Source: Octopus vulgaris
Lineage: Eukaryota
Direction of reading: 5' to 3'
Assembly: GCA_951406725.2 (NCBI GenBank)
Contig: OX597818.1
Location: forward strand, 124,744,001 to 124,808,000
Length of the DNA: 64,000 nucleotides
Shown: positions 51,131-64,000 of the stretch, piece after piece
Numbering within the stretch: the stretch's first letter is position 1
Layout of the letters: every line of letters begins with the position of its first letter
The notes under the pieces: model-generated
Seen by the model: the letters and a program-made list of their open reading frames with translations, nothing else
Databases searched by the model: none
What the model was told of the DNA's origin: nothing
Program-made: the position numbers and the translations under genes

Positions 51131-52402
51131 GTGTGTGTCCCTGTATTGGCATTGATAGGCTTCTTTCAGTTTCCGTCTACCAAATCCACTCACAAGACTT
51201 TGGTTGGCCTGAGGTCATAATAGAAGAAACTTGCCCAAGGTGCCACACAGTGGGACTGAACCCGGAACCAAATTTAGACATTTACTCACTTCCATATGTT
51301 TTCCCTTTTGTTCTTTCACTCTGTACATTCCACACATTTTCAATCAAACCTTCTGCAAATTAACATGGAATCTCTTGACGACAATGTAACTTTCATTTAA
51401 CTAAAGTATCTTTCACCTGACAAGTAACTAGTGGATTACCACTTGTTTGGGTAATTACTACTTCTGAGGTTCTGTTAGCTATGAAACATATGTAGCCTGG
51501 ATTTTACTGGCTCCATATCCTAAATTTGGATTTTTATATGTTATTTCTCTATTGCCCAAAAGGGGCTAAACATAGAGGGAACAAACAAGGACAGACAAAA
51601 AGGATTAAGTTGATTACATCTACCCCAGTGTGTAACTGGTACTTAATTTATCGACCCCGAAAGGATGAAAGGCAAAGTTGACCTCGGTGGAATTTGAACT
51701 CAGAACATAATGGCAGACAAAATACTGCTAAGCATTTCGTCCGGCATACTAATGTTTCTGCCAGCTTCCCACCTTTTTATTGAATTTTTATTTGTATACA
51801 CAGCAACCCCAGCTGTTAACTGTGAACTATAAAATAACTTTAAGCTTATCAAACTCTGATATTCTTTTTTTTTTTTTTTTTTACTTGTTTCAGTCATTTG
51901 ACTGCGGCCATGCTGGAGCACCGCCTTTAGTTGAGCAAATCGACCCCGGGACTTATTCTTTGTAAGCCCAGTACTTTATTCTATCGGTCTCTTTTTGCCG
52001 AACTGCTAAGTGACTGGGACGGAAACACACCAGCATTAGTTGTCAAGCAATGCTAGGGGGACAAACACAGACACACAAACACAGCCACTCCTGCGATATG
52101 GGAAAAATTTACAACCTTTTATGTCAATAAACCACTATTGTTCCTGAGAGTTGTTTTTTATACCTTCTGCGGACTGCTCAGAGCTTATTTAAATCCTACA
52201 CCTTGATCCTTGGATCCTACCATTTTTAGAGTTTGAAAAAGTAACTAAGCATATTCTATAGACAGGAAATTTAAACTGGAGAATCACTTTTTATGCACTG
52301 TATCAATACAATACAATATCACGTTAATCCTTCAGGAATGTTTCTACTAGTTTATTCATAAAAACAAAAGGAAATCCTGAACACAGGATCCAAAATACTT
52401 AC

Positions 52403-52501
52403 CCAGCCTCTCTGGACCCAGTCAATTAGATTTTGTAAATCTTCATCTTTTCGATAAGAAATAATCATTTTTCTTACTTGATCTTCTATCTGTGATTTTA
52501 C
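52403..52501 (-). CDS. TspanC8 tetraspanin exon (start of large extracellular loop EC2)
   Basis: tttctag acceptor and gtaagt donor; 99 nt, phase 0. Translates VKSQIEDQVRKMIISYRKDEDLQNLIDWVQRGW, containing the YRxDxDLQNLID motif of the TSPAN5/14/17/33 and Drosophila Tsp26A group. Confidence 0.93.
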
Positions 52502-53559
52502 CTAGAAATGAATTGAAATCATTATTATTATCATTGTCACCATTATCTTCACAACTAGCAACCTCATCATCATTAGTTCAATGTAGCTTTTGTTTCCAAA
52601 CAGGTATAAAACAAGCAGGTTTGTCAGACCATACCAAAACATTCCCCAACATTCTTTGACTTGATGTATCTCCACAATTGATGTTTTTGCTGTGTAGCAG
52701 TTCACTTACTCATTTGCTATATATTTATATGACAGCACAGGCATGACTATGTGTTGCAAGTTCAGTTCCACTGCATGGTACCTCGGGCAAATATCTTCTA
52801 ATATTGAGCTGGACCAACCAATATTTAGTAAACAAATTCAGAAGATAGACTGTATAGAGAGCCCAGTGTGTCTGTGTGTGTTTCATGCAAAAGTATTTAA
52901 TAACTTTTCAAAATTTATCAGAAATATTAGTTTCAAATTTTGGTACAAGGCCAGCAATTTGGGAGAGGGTAAGTCGATTACATCAACCCCAGTACTCAAC
53001 TGGTACCTATTTTATCGAACCCAAAATGATGAAAGGCAAAGTTGAACTCAGCAGTTACGAGCTTCATCCAGAATGTTAACAATTCTGCCAATTCTGCCAG
53101 CTCTTTCAAACGTTAGCACGCTGGGCGAAATGCTTAGCAGTATTTCCTTTGTTTTTACATTCTGAGTTCAAATTCCACCGAGGTCAACTTTGCCTTTCAT
53201 CTTTTCAGGGTTGATAAATTAATAAACATACTGGTAGTGGGCTCAATCTAATAGGCTGGTCCCCTCCCCCAAAATTTTCGGGCCTTGTGCCTAGAGTAGA
53301 AAAGAATTCTGCTAGCCCATGGCTTTACACACTGATAATATTAAGTTTAGAACACACTAATTTTGATAACAATAACCAGTTGACAAAATTATCCATGATT
53401 AAAGTGGCTTGTGTCTATATATATATATATATATATTCCGACGAAGAGCTCTGCTCGAAACGTTAAACCCTCCTTCTTTCCTGAGTGTCCAATAATACTA
53501 TATTTGTTCTACGTCCTCGCGTTGTGTTTTTTTGTGCTTTCTTGTTTGGATTAACTTTA

Positions 53560-53594
<35 letters not shown>

Positions 53595-53596
53595 AC

Positions 53597-53635
<39 letters not shown>

Positions 53636-53906
53636 ACGTGCATGTTGACCTGGTGAATATCTGTACCAATGATACTATCAGTCACTAACTAAGATATAAA
53701 CAAAATATATGAACGACTGTAAATAAATCAGTTACACTAGAGTCAATAAGGCAGCCTCAACAGCCACTTTCCTTGCTAGAAACAACAACCAATTACACAT
53801 GCACACACACACATACACACACACACATACACACACACACATACACACACAAATAACTGCCTTGAGAATGGAAGTACACAATAGATAATGCAATCCTAGA
53901 TATATT

Positions 53907-54236
53907 ATTACGGAGATGTACTTGCATAGCAAGTGACTTGATCTGAGATCGTGTGCTGGAACGAAAACAATTTCAGCATGGAAGGTGTTTATAAGCCATT
54001 TAAGAAACACACAAAAGCCGTTCGATTCACTTCAACATTTAAATTAAATTTGTCAAAATATTTTCGTCGCTTTAAGAACGCGACCTGTTCGCAGCACGGA
54101 TTTTGTCAGTGAACAGGTCGCGGTCTTAAAGCGACAAAAATATTTTGACAAATTAAATTTAAATGTTGAAGTGAATCGAACAGCTTTTGTGTGTTTCTTA
54201 AATGGCTCACAAACACCTTCCACGCTGCAATTGTTA
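53907..54236. mobile_element. Second copy of the G3-C8 hammerhead foldback element
   Basis: Same arms as 12051-12322. Plus arm 54102-54152 reads UUUGUCA-GUGAACA-G-GUCGC..GCGAC-AAAAAUAUUU-UGACAAA (G12 lost). The minus arm is truncated but keeps GAAA. Confidence 0.85.
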
Positions 54237-57200
54237 TATATATTACTAGCAGTATCGCCCGGCGTTGCTCAGGTTTGTAAGGGAAATAACTATAAAGCAT
54301 TTTTAGAGACTTATAGCCAAAAAAATAGCCAAAAAAATGGGGGGAAAATGATGGTAAATTTTTTTGAGAGTTAAAAAAGGTGGAGTTTCGTTCCCTAGAC
54401 AGTCTGTGGTTTGTGTTTCTGATTCTCGACCCCATGTCGAATTTATCGATTTTTTTCAGAACTGGGGGAACTTTTCAAAATTTTCGCTGCGTTAGTTTTG
54501 AATTATGACATTGGGCTATGTGTGTGTCAAGTTTCATCAGAATCGGTTGAAAGCCGTGGTAGAGAGTGAGGGTACGAGAAAACAGACACACAGAAAACGC
54601 ACAGACAAACTGCCGTTTATATAGAGATAGATGTTTGAAGAAAAAGACAGGATGGCCATGAGCAGAATGCCCTTCAGTGAGACTTGAAAATTAACAAACA
54701 ACAACACTAACTTCAGCTACTAAACTTTGCAGATGCACAGATTTGGGCAAGTACTATTTACTATTTTACTTGTTTGTCATTTGACTGCGGCCATGCTGGA
54801 GCACCGCCTTTAATCGAGCAACTCGACCCCGGGACTTATTCTTTTGTAAGCCCAGTACTTATTCTATCGGTCTCTTTTGCCGAACCGCTAAGTAACGGGG
54901 ACATAAACACACCAGCATCGATTGTCAAGCAATGCTAGGGGGACAAACACACACACGCATATATATACATATTTACGACGGGCTTCTTTCAGTTTCCGTC
55001 TACCAAATCCACTCACAAGGCTTTGGTCGGCCCGAGGCTATAGTAGAAGACACTTGCCCAATGTGCCACGCAATCAGACTGAACCCGGAACCATGTGGTT
55101 GGTAAACAAGCTACTTACCACACAGCCACTCCTGTGCCTAACCCTAACCCTAGAGAAGAGAACTTAGGAGTAGGGAACTTTTTTTTTTTTTTTGGAAAAT
55201 AGGGATTAAATGTTGATGATGAAGATGACAATGAAAGTACGGGGATATAGATGTATTGGCACTGAACCAGATTTGTATAAGTATTCATTATGTTTCCATC
55301 TCCTATTTAATCCATTATATAATCAAATGAGATATTTAACCCAATAATAATTAATGAAAAAGTTAAAAGAGAGTAGGGAGATATTCTTTCTCTCTATAGG
55401 TGTGGTCAGTGTAAAAAGTGCATGGCCTAGTGGTTTAACATATTGCACTTACAATCGTATGGTCATCGGTTCATTTTCTAGATCAGTCACTTTGAGCAAA
55501 GCATTTTTTTTTTAATTTCATTTTGCCCCACCCTACTCAGCTGAAAGTGAGCACCAGCACAATGCTGGCACAGTCCTCTCCCCACCCCCACTTCCACTCT
55601 AATTTCCACATCTTGGATGTTGGAATGTGACAACTGGATGCAGCTTTTCAGATGCTGGTGTTTTGGTGTGGCTGACTGAACATTGGAACTTGTTTTGGTG
55701 ACAGTACTTTTTGGCACCAGAGGCACACACACACACACACACACACACACATGCAAGCAAGCACACAAAAATATACATATACAGATGAGAGAGAGACAGG
55801 CAGACAAACATTACAATCCATTAACTGAACTTGAGTGACATTAACACTTTCTCTCTCCTCATACATATAAACAGAGAGAAAAGTCAGACGGAAAGAGAGA
55901 GGGAAAGAGAGAGAGAGAATGTGAGGATGAGGAGAGTATTTCTTTATTCACCACTAGCAGTATCACCCGGCATTGCTCGGGTTTGTAAGGGAAATAACTA
56001 TAAAGCATTTTTAGAGAGTTATAGCTAAAAAATAACAAAAAAAATGCATTAAAGATGGGAAAAAAATGGTAAATTTTTTTTTAAATCGTTGACTCATCGT
56101 AGACATTTTTAGAGAGTTACTTCCCTTATATAATAGCGAAAAAATGCATTGAAATGGAAAAAAAGATGGTAAATTATTTTTAAAATTGTAGACTCATCGT
56201 AGACGCGCGCTAATACCCAGAAAGGCTCGATATGAATCACGACTATAAGATACCGGGTTTTGGTTAAACTGCACCGCAAAATGTGGGAGTAGTTAGGAAT
56301 CTAAATCGTAGGAGACAGATGCACAACCTTACTTTTATATATAAAGATAAGGTTGAGAAAAAGAGGGGACAAAACAAACGTTGGGGTCAGGGTATCGAAT
56401 GAGACGAAATGTATGAATGAGTAAAACATTAAACCATTTAATGTTAAATAAATCAGCAATGCATCAAGGGTGCCAAAACAGGGAGACCAAAACAGCTGCA
56501 GCAAACCTATTTCTTTACTACCCACAAGGGGCTAAACATAGAGGGGACAAACAAGGACAGAGGAATGGATTAAGTTGATTATATCGACCCCAGTGCGTAA
56601 CTGGTACTTACTTAATCGACCCCGAAAGGATGAAAGGCAAAGTCGACCTCGGCGGAATTTGAACTCAGAACGTAGCGGCAGACGAAATACGGCTACGCAT
56701 TTCGCCCGGCGTGCCAACGTTTCCGCCAGCTCACCGCCACTGCATCAAACCATCTCTTACTCCTTAGCTATAATGCTGGATCGAGTATAGGGGTACTGAG
56801 AAGCTGTCTACGTCTGCTAGTGAACCACATTAGGCACCTAAAGCAATAACAACTAAAAGCATGGAACACATAAAAAAAAAAAACTCATGCTCATTTGTGA
56901 GTGATGGCTGGGCCTGTTTATGTGAGGCCAGAAATTGAATAGGTTTTTTACACTGACTATTGTAACACTAACAGAAATTGCTTGCGTTGCTATGTAAACA
57001 ATCGTGTGAAAGTATTTCTATTGCTGTGTGGCTTTCACATAACTGGTTTTGTTTTCATGTATTGCCCATAACTAAGCCGGCATGTATATCCAAATAAACT
57101 GATAAAAGGACAAAAATTTTCAATAACAAAGAGAAAAAAAAAATGAATAAAGGTATAGTAATCATTAATAAAACAATTTGGACTTTCTAACTTCATTAAT

Positions 57201-57324
57201 TCAAATTACCTGAGCAGACAGATGAAGTAATCAATAAAATCAGAGGTATATAACTTCTTTATTTATTTATTTATTTTATTTTTGTGGGAATCAATGGTTG
57301 GGTATGTTAATGGGGGTCTGTCTG

Positions 57325-57340
<16 letters not shown>

Positions 57341-57413
<73 letters not shown>

Positions 57414-57458
57414 TAGATATATATATAGATATATATATATATACATATATATATAGAT

Positions 57459-57522
<64 letters not shown>

Positions 57523-57669
57523 CATAGATAGATATATATATGGATATATATATATATATATAGATATATATATATATATATATATATAGATAGATATATA
57601 TATAGATAGATATATATATACATATATATATACATATATATATATAGATAAATATATATATACATATAT

Positions 57670-57706
<37 letters not shown>

Positions 57707-57785
57707 TAGATATATATATAGATATATATATACATATATATACATATATATATATAGATAGATATATATATACATATATAGATAT

Positions 57786-57828
<43 letters not shown>

Positions 57829-57868
57829 TACAGATAGATATATATATATATATATATATAGATATATA
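57341..57868. repeat. Compound (TA)n/(GATA)n microsatellite, about 530 bp
   Basis: Directly visible. Confidence 0.97.
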
Positions 57869-58080
57869 TTTAGCTATTGCATAATTATGGTCTATTTTGA
57901 GAAAACACACACAACTCTGCTGCTTGCCTCAGGTCTGCGTGTGTGGTTGATAAGTTTCACATCCACTTCATGGTTGAGTGGTTGATAATAGATGATGGCA
58001 GCCAGCTTAAAAAACAAAACGAAACAAAAAAAAAAAAAACTGCTTCAGTAATATGCAAAATAGAAACCACTTCTAGTAGA

Positions 58081-58129
<49 letters not shown>

Positions 58130-58188
58130 AGCATGCACATGTAAGTGAACTTCATGTACCTGTAAGCAAAAGTGATTGTATAAATGGA

Positions 58189-58221
<33 letters not shown>

Positions 58222-58793
58222 TTGTGAGTGACCACAAGTAATCATGCATGGACAGAGCAGTGAGCATGCACCCAAGTAAACAACACATAACTGATGGTTT
58301 CACATGTGAGCAAGCATGCATGTAGGAAAGTCTGCATGTTTGACTGTGTATGTGTACTGGAATGTAGATCTAAGTGAGCATGTTTTATTGTTTCAAGCTC
58401 ATTTCGGCACTTGCCAATGCTTGTATGATATCATTTGAACATCTGTCAATGTGAGATTAAGAAAGTATCAAGGAGTCCACTGCCAAGAATTGAACCATAC
58501 ATTGGTTTAACTGTTGAGTAAACATGCTATCATTTACATCAGACACAATGAAAAGATAGTTATTGTTTGTTTTGTATATAATACATAAAAGTACAGAATA
58601 TATATATATATATATATAATTAATTAAGGGTAGAAATTGATATTTATCAATTAAGACCAGTGGTCTAGCATATTAAAAAAGAATCCGAAGATTAAAATAT
58701 TTATATATACCAAATGTAATAGGTTGAACTCCATGCACGCGATACTTCGGTATCGTGTTTGCATCTAGTCCAGCAAATTGCATTTATAACGGA

Positions 58794-58855
58794 CCATGCT
58801 GATGATGGCTGCAGTTTTCCTTGCGGAAAATAAGTCGAAACTGATTAGTACATGG
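58794..58855 (+). ncRNA. Type I hammerhead ribozyme motif
   Basis: Reads CCAUG-CUGAUGA-U-GGCU..(uuuucc-uugc-ggaaaa)..AGUC-GAAACU-gauu-AGUA-CAUGG. It has a 5-bp stem I and a 3-bp stem III, within a (TA)n-flanked element at about 58620-59008. Confidence 0.8.
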
Positions 58856-59028
58856 GTAATTATTTTATTTCGTATATTTTCACTTGTTTATTGCTATGGT
58901 TTTGTGCTGAATTTGATCTGAGAACATAATAGTTTGTGGAGAATGGCGATTTGACGTCTATATCTAGCATGTTGACTGTCCACTTTTCGTGTTCAGTCCT
59001 TAATTGGTATATATATATATATATATAA

Positions 59029-59280
59029 CACCTTGATCACCTTGACCGACCAGTCCGTCAGGCATCCATTTGACACCGCTGCTCACAGCACGCTGTCCAC
59101 TCCTCTCTGGATCGCGCCTTTCTCATCCACGTGATCCCAATCGCCCTCCTGAAATCATAACTTCACCATCGTGGAGGTCTTCCGGGTGGTCTTTTCTGCT
59201 CGCGTGGGTACCACTCGACAACTGTGTGGGTCCACCGATTATCGGTGAGCTGGGCGACGTGCCCAGCCCATCTATACTTG

Positions 59281-59281
<1 letters not shown>
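59029..59281 (-). mobile_element. 5'-truncated RTE LINE 3' end inserted in (TA)n
   Basis: Translates KYRWAGHVAQLTDNRWTHTVVEWYPREQKRPPGRPPRW*SYDFRRAIGITWMRKARSREEWTACCEQRCQMDA*, then a very short 3'UTR ending caaggtgat-caaggtg. Confidence 0.9.
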
Positions 59282-59328
<47 letters not shown>

Positions 59329-62126
59329 CAAAGATCCCCTTTGGTCATGAATGATCATGGGATTACACCTAGAAAGTTACCCTCCAAGATACATGTTTGG
59401 GCAATGGTGTCCAAGGGAAAGGTAAAAGCTGATATGACTTGGCACCAATAATGTCACAACACAGCCACCACTGCCTCGACTGGCTTCTGTGCCGGTGGCA
59501 CATAAAAAGCACCATCCGAACGTGGCCGATGCCAGCGCCGCCTTGGCTGGCTTCCATGCCAGTGGCACGTTAAAAGCACCAACCAATCGTAGCCGATGCC
59601 AGACCCCCCCCCGGCACCTGTGCAGGTGGCACGTAAAAAGCATCCACTACACTCGTGGAGTGGTTGGCATTAGGAAGGGCATCCAGCTGTAGAAACACTG
59701 CCAGATCAGACTGGAGCCTGGTGCAGCCCTGGCTTCCCAGACCCCGGTCGAACCGTCCAACCCATGCTAGCGCAGAAAATGGACGTTAAACGATGATGAT
59801 GATGACATTTCTACAGCTGAGTGAACTGGAGCAACGTGAAATAAAGTGTCTTGCTCAAAAGCACAACACACAGCCTGGTCCAGGAATTGAACTCACTACC
59901 TGATGATTGTGAGCCCAATGCTCTAACCACTGACCCATGCGCCTTCACACGCACAAAGATCATGGTTCATACACACATACAGGGCTTTCCACATATTAAC
60001 TCATGTAGGTTGAACTATGTAAAATGTTAGAGAAAGAAACCAAACTCTTTCTTGCAATAAATGCTTTTAAAGCAAATTTTTTTACAATGGCTTCTTTAAA
60101 TACTACTGTGGATCCCCAATTTACTACTGTGCTTGAGTGGGCCCTGCAAAAGTCTTACATGGACCCACTGATCTACACCAAACTTTTAGTCTTGTAGCTG
60201 CAAAGAAAAGTGGGTGTAGACGAATAGCTTGTGAAAGCCATGAAATCATGTACAGTAGTGCTATTAACACAAGGTGAGAGCTACCATTGAGTTCAATAAG
60301 GAATTTAACACAGGTAGGTGTCCGTCAAGGCTGTAACTACCAACCCCTTAGTTTCATATAGTTATACATGTTTTTTTTTCTTAATGGCATATCGGTTTTG
60401 GAGAAATTCTTGATTCTTGAGATTACCTCCCCTTCTTAAGTAGATCTAGTCTTAATAAAGGGTAAAGAACCCCTTTGGTCATCAATGACCATGAGATTGC
60501 ACCTAGAAGGTTACCATCAAAAGCACAATCCAGGCAAGGTTGTTTATGGAAGACCAGCAGTCACCCATGCATACAAGCCTTCTCTCTCCATACCACCGAT
60601 GTTATCCAAGGGAAAGGCAAAGGGGCCGATACAGCTTGGCACCAGTGACGTCACAACTCATTTCTACAGCTGAGTGAACTGGAGGAACATGAAATAAAGT
60701 GTCTTGCTCAAGAACACAACACACAGTCCAGTATGAGAATCGAACCCACTACCTGTTGATTGTGAGCCTGACACTCTAACTACTGAACCATGTGCCCACC
60801 CTTTGCTGTTCTTAATAGTCACTTGATAAGTGGAGGCGCAATGGCCCAGTGGTTAGGGCAGCGGACTCGCTGTCATAGGATCGCGGTTTCGATTCCCAGA
60901 CCGGGTGTTGTGAGTGTTTATTGAGCGAAAACACCTAAAAGCTCCACGAGGTTCCGGCAGGGGATGGTGGTGATCCCTGCTGTACTCTTTCACCACAACT
61001 TTCTCTCACTCTTACTTCTTGTTTCTGTTGTACCTGTATTTCAAAGGACCGGCCTTGTCACTCTCTGTGTCACGCTGAATATCCCCGAGAACTACGTTAA
61101 GGGTACACGTGTCTGTGGAGTGCTCAGCCACTTACACGTTAATTTCACGGGAAGGCTGTTCCGTTGATTCGGATCAACCGGAACCCTCATCATCGTAACT
61201 GACGGAGTGCTTCCATCCAGTCACTTGATAATTGTGAGTTATACTCTAGGTGGAGATAATTTTAATAACTCAAGAATTTTATGTTGTATGGTAATTGATA
61301 TGCCTATATTTGTCTATGTTGTTCAATAACAAAGAAATTCACGTCCAAGTATGAAGGTGACCTGGTTTGTCAGAGTTAGAGAAGGAGTTTCAGTCACAAA
61401 AACAGATCTTCCTCTCTCTCTCTCTCTCTCACTCACTACACACACTCAGCCAAGATTTAACCCTTTAGCATTTAAACAGGCCATATCCAGCCGAAATATT
61501 CTACCCGTTTCATGTTCATGTCATCGAGATCCAACATCTCACACCTACCCTACAGTGTCATTCTAAAAATACACAAACACATCGTTGAAATTTCAAAGCT
61601 GAGCTAAGGTACAATTAATTCAAAAGAATGTGAATAGATAAGCATTATATTTGATAGGCGCAGGAGTGGCTGTGTGGTAAGTAGCTTGCTAACCAGCCAC
61701 ATGGTTCTGGGTTCAGTCCCACTGCGTGGCATCCTGGGCAAAAGTCTTCTGCTATAGCCCCGGGCCGACCAATGCCTTGTGAGTGGATTTGGTAGACGAA
61801 AACTGAAAGAAGCCTGTCGTATATATGTATATATATATATATGTATGTGTATGTATATGTTTGTGTGTCTATGTTTGTCCCCCTAGCATTGCTTGACAAC
61901 TGATGCTGGTGTGTTTACGTCCCCGTCACTTAGCGGTTCGGCAAAAGAGACCGATAGAATAAGTACTGGGCTTCCAAAGAATAAGTCCCGGGGTCGATTT
62001 GCTCAACTAAAGGCGGTGCTCCAGCATGGCCGCAGTCAAATGACTGAAACAAGTAAAAGAGTAAAAGAGAGTATAGAGTAATCTGAATGTTAAAGGGTTG
62101 AACAATTTAACCTCATATACTCATAA

Positions 62127-62162
<36 letters not shown>

Positions 62163-63018
62163 GAGAGAGGAGAGAGAGAATCTTACTTTAACACTGTTTG
62201 CAAGAGACGATGACAGCGCTGTGCCTCTTGAGAAAATCATCCACTTCAAGTGCCAAGATCAAATTCAGCAAAATGCTATTTGGCAACCCCAAGTGGTAAG
62301 ATGACCTCTAGTTGTTTTTATGCAACATAGTTCGGCATCAAGAAATTTCTTGGTGACACCCGACTGTGAATGAATCCTCTGCACACTGCGTCAATGGAAC
62401 TGTACCCAGTAAGACAAGTCTTCCCATAAGTGACTTGAAATTAGACACCAATTGTTTTTATTATCATCGTGGACTAAATTATTAGAAGTAAATCGACATT
62501 AACAGTGAAACTTAAATACATTTTTCTTGCTTTAAGTGATGCACTTGAGTTAGCTGTAAAATCCCTCTTAGCAAGTAAGGGAAGTGATTAAATAGTAGGC
62601 TTTCATTTGACAGGTCCTGTACTTTTTAACTGAATATCATTGCTTCAGAACATTACTTTTGTTTCTCAATGAATTTAACACAAGAGTCACAATTGAAGGC
62701 CATTAGGATGCTGACCTACTAGCTGCAAGGGTCACCAGTTGATATCTTATTACCCAGTGATGCACAGCACCCTTGGTAATTATCTAGGGTAACCAAATGT
62801 ATATAACTATAATGTGCAGGAATACAGATCACTAGTGAAAATGCGTTAACAGATACACAAACACAGTGTGTGTGTGTGTAGAGAGAGAGGGAGAGAGAGA
62901 GAAGTTCAAACAAACAGATAAAGATGTTAGGTCTAAATGTACAAAATATACATGTATATGTGTAAAAAGCGAAGGCAGGCTTAAAATTTTCAGATGAAAA
63001 CAATAAAGTATATGTGTG

Positions 63019-63069
<51 letters not shown>

Positions 63070-63179
63070 GAACCATTATGTGGAAACCCTTATGCTAGAA
63101 AAAGATTTGCTATGGTCTCAACCACTAAGAATTGTTCTCCAGAAAATTTAGCACACCAGAAACGTAAGCGATTTTGATT

Positions 63180-63221
<42 letters not shown>

Positions 63222-63415
63222 ATATATTAACAGAGCAAACTTACATTAAAGAGACTCAAAGAATTAGAGAGGAAAAGGCATTACAAGTCCAACAACTGTT
63301 TCTTAGGGCTTGGAGTTACTTCATAATGTTGGTAGATTTAATACATGCATACATATGTATATGCATGCATGTATGTATGTATGTATGTGTATGTATATAC
63401 ATATATATATATTAT

Positions 63416-63670
63416 ATTGGGCTGGTGCATAATTATTGCAGGTTTTTTCAACAAATTTTATTCAGCTCAGAACAATACAGGCCAGTGTAGCAGTGATAGC
63501 AAAAGACCAAGTAAGCAGACACTTCATGTGCAAACAGATGCTTCACATGCAAGCAGATACCTCATGCGCAGGTAGGTGCAATGTGCATGTGGTCAGGTGC
63601 CTCACATATGAGCCAGGGGTTAAAGTGATGCAGAATTTTTAGAAAAATCCCTCATACAATGATGGAAGTC
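63416..63670 (+). mobile_element. Mariner TIR remnant
   Basis: ta-ttgggctggtgcataattattgcaggtttt resembles the Hsmar1/MADE-type TIR TTAGGTTGGTGCAAAAGTAATTGCGGTTTT. The extent is approximate. Confidence 0.5.
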
Positions 63671-64000
63671 ATATGTATACTCAATGTAATTCTGAGGAGG
63701 AATGAGCAAAAAATAGTGCAAGACATGGTTGCACTTTTGAAATACAAGTGCAACCCACCTGACAGGCTTTTGTACAGTTTCCATCTATCCAATTTCACTC
63801 ACTGGGAATCAGTTGACCTGAGGTTATAGAAAATGACATCTGCTCAAGATGCCTCACTGTGGAACTGAACCCAAAATTCCTTAACCAATCACCCATACAG
63901 CACCTACAGCAAAATGTAAGTAAACTTGATGAGCTTTGGTCGAGCACCCATGACAACCCACTACAATGAATAATGATCCAACTTGAAAGCTTGCATCATT

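Noticed and set aside
60832-60905. tRNA(Arg)-like sequence
   Set aside because: It is the head of an OR1-like SINE, continuous with the SINE body and flanked by a TSD; it is not a tRNA gene.
62719-63027. Minus-strand ORF with GCCASLG as a possible tetraspanin TM2 exon
   Set aside because: It lacks the GxxGALREN motif and a hydrophobic TM context, and it overlaps microsatellites.

Overview
This is AT-rich, intron- and repeat-dominated eukaryotic DNA. It is very probably from an octopus (Octopus sp.), inferred from tRNA-derived SINEs that match, from memory, the octopus OK, OR1 and OR2 families. Two convergent protein-coding genes are partly present. The first is the last two coding exons of CCZ1 (+ strand, 2179-2306 and 7035-7090). 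The second is the last five coding exons of an 8-cysteine (TspanC8; TSPAN5/17/Tsp26A-like) tetraspanin (- strand, 52501 down to 34526). Almost all ORFs in the supplied track are repeat or microsatellite artefacts. The rest of the window is SINEs, RTE and CR1 LINE remnants, Tc1/mariner remnants, TTAA (piggyBac-type) MITEs, non-autonomous Helitrons, Penelope GIY-YIG remnants and long (TA)n tracts. The most striking hidden signal is about a dozen type I hammerhead-ribozyme motifs from at least seven unrelated small elements. Many sit in foldback (palindromic) units inserted into (TA)n, typical of Penelope-like or retrozyme-type elements. One family (12.1 kb and 54.1 kb) has the core GUGAACA instead of CUGANGA, a compensatory swap of the C3-G8 tertiary pair. 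Other notable items are a TSD-flanked tandem-plus-inverted 98-bp array next to a tetraspanin exon and an RTE LINE whose 3' end matches the OR2 SINE tail. All calls are by eye; no searches or folding programs were run.
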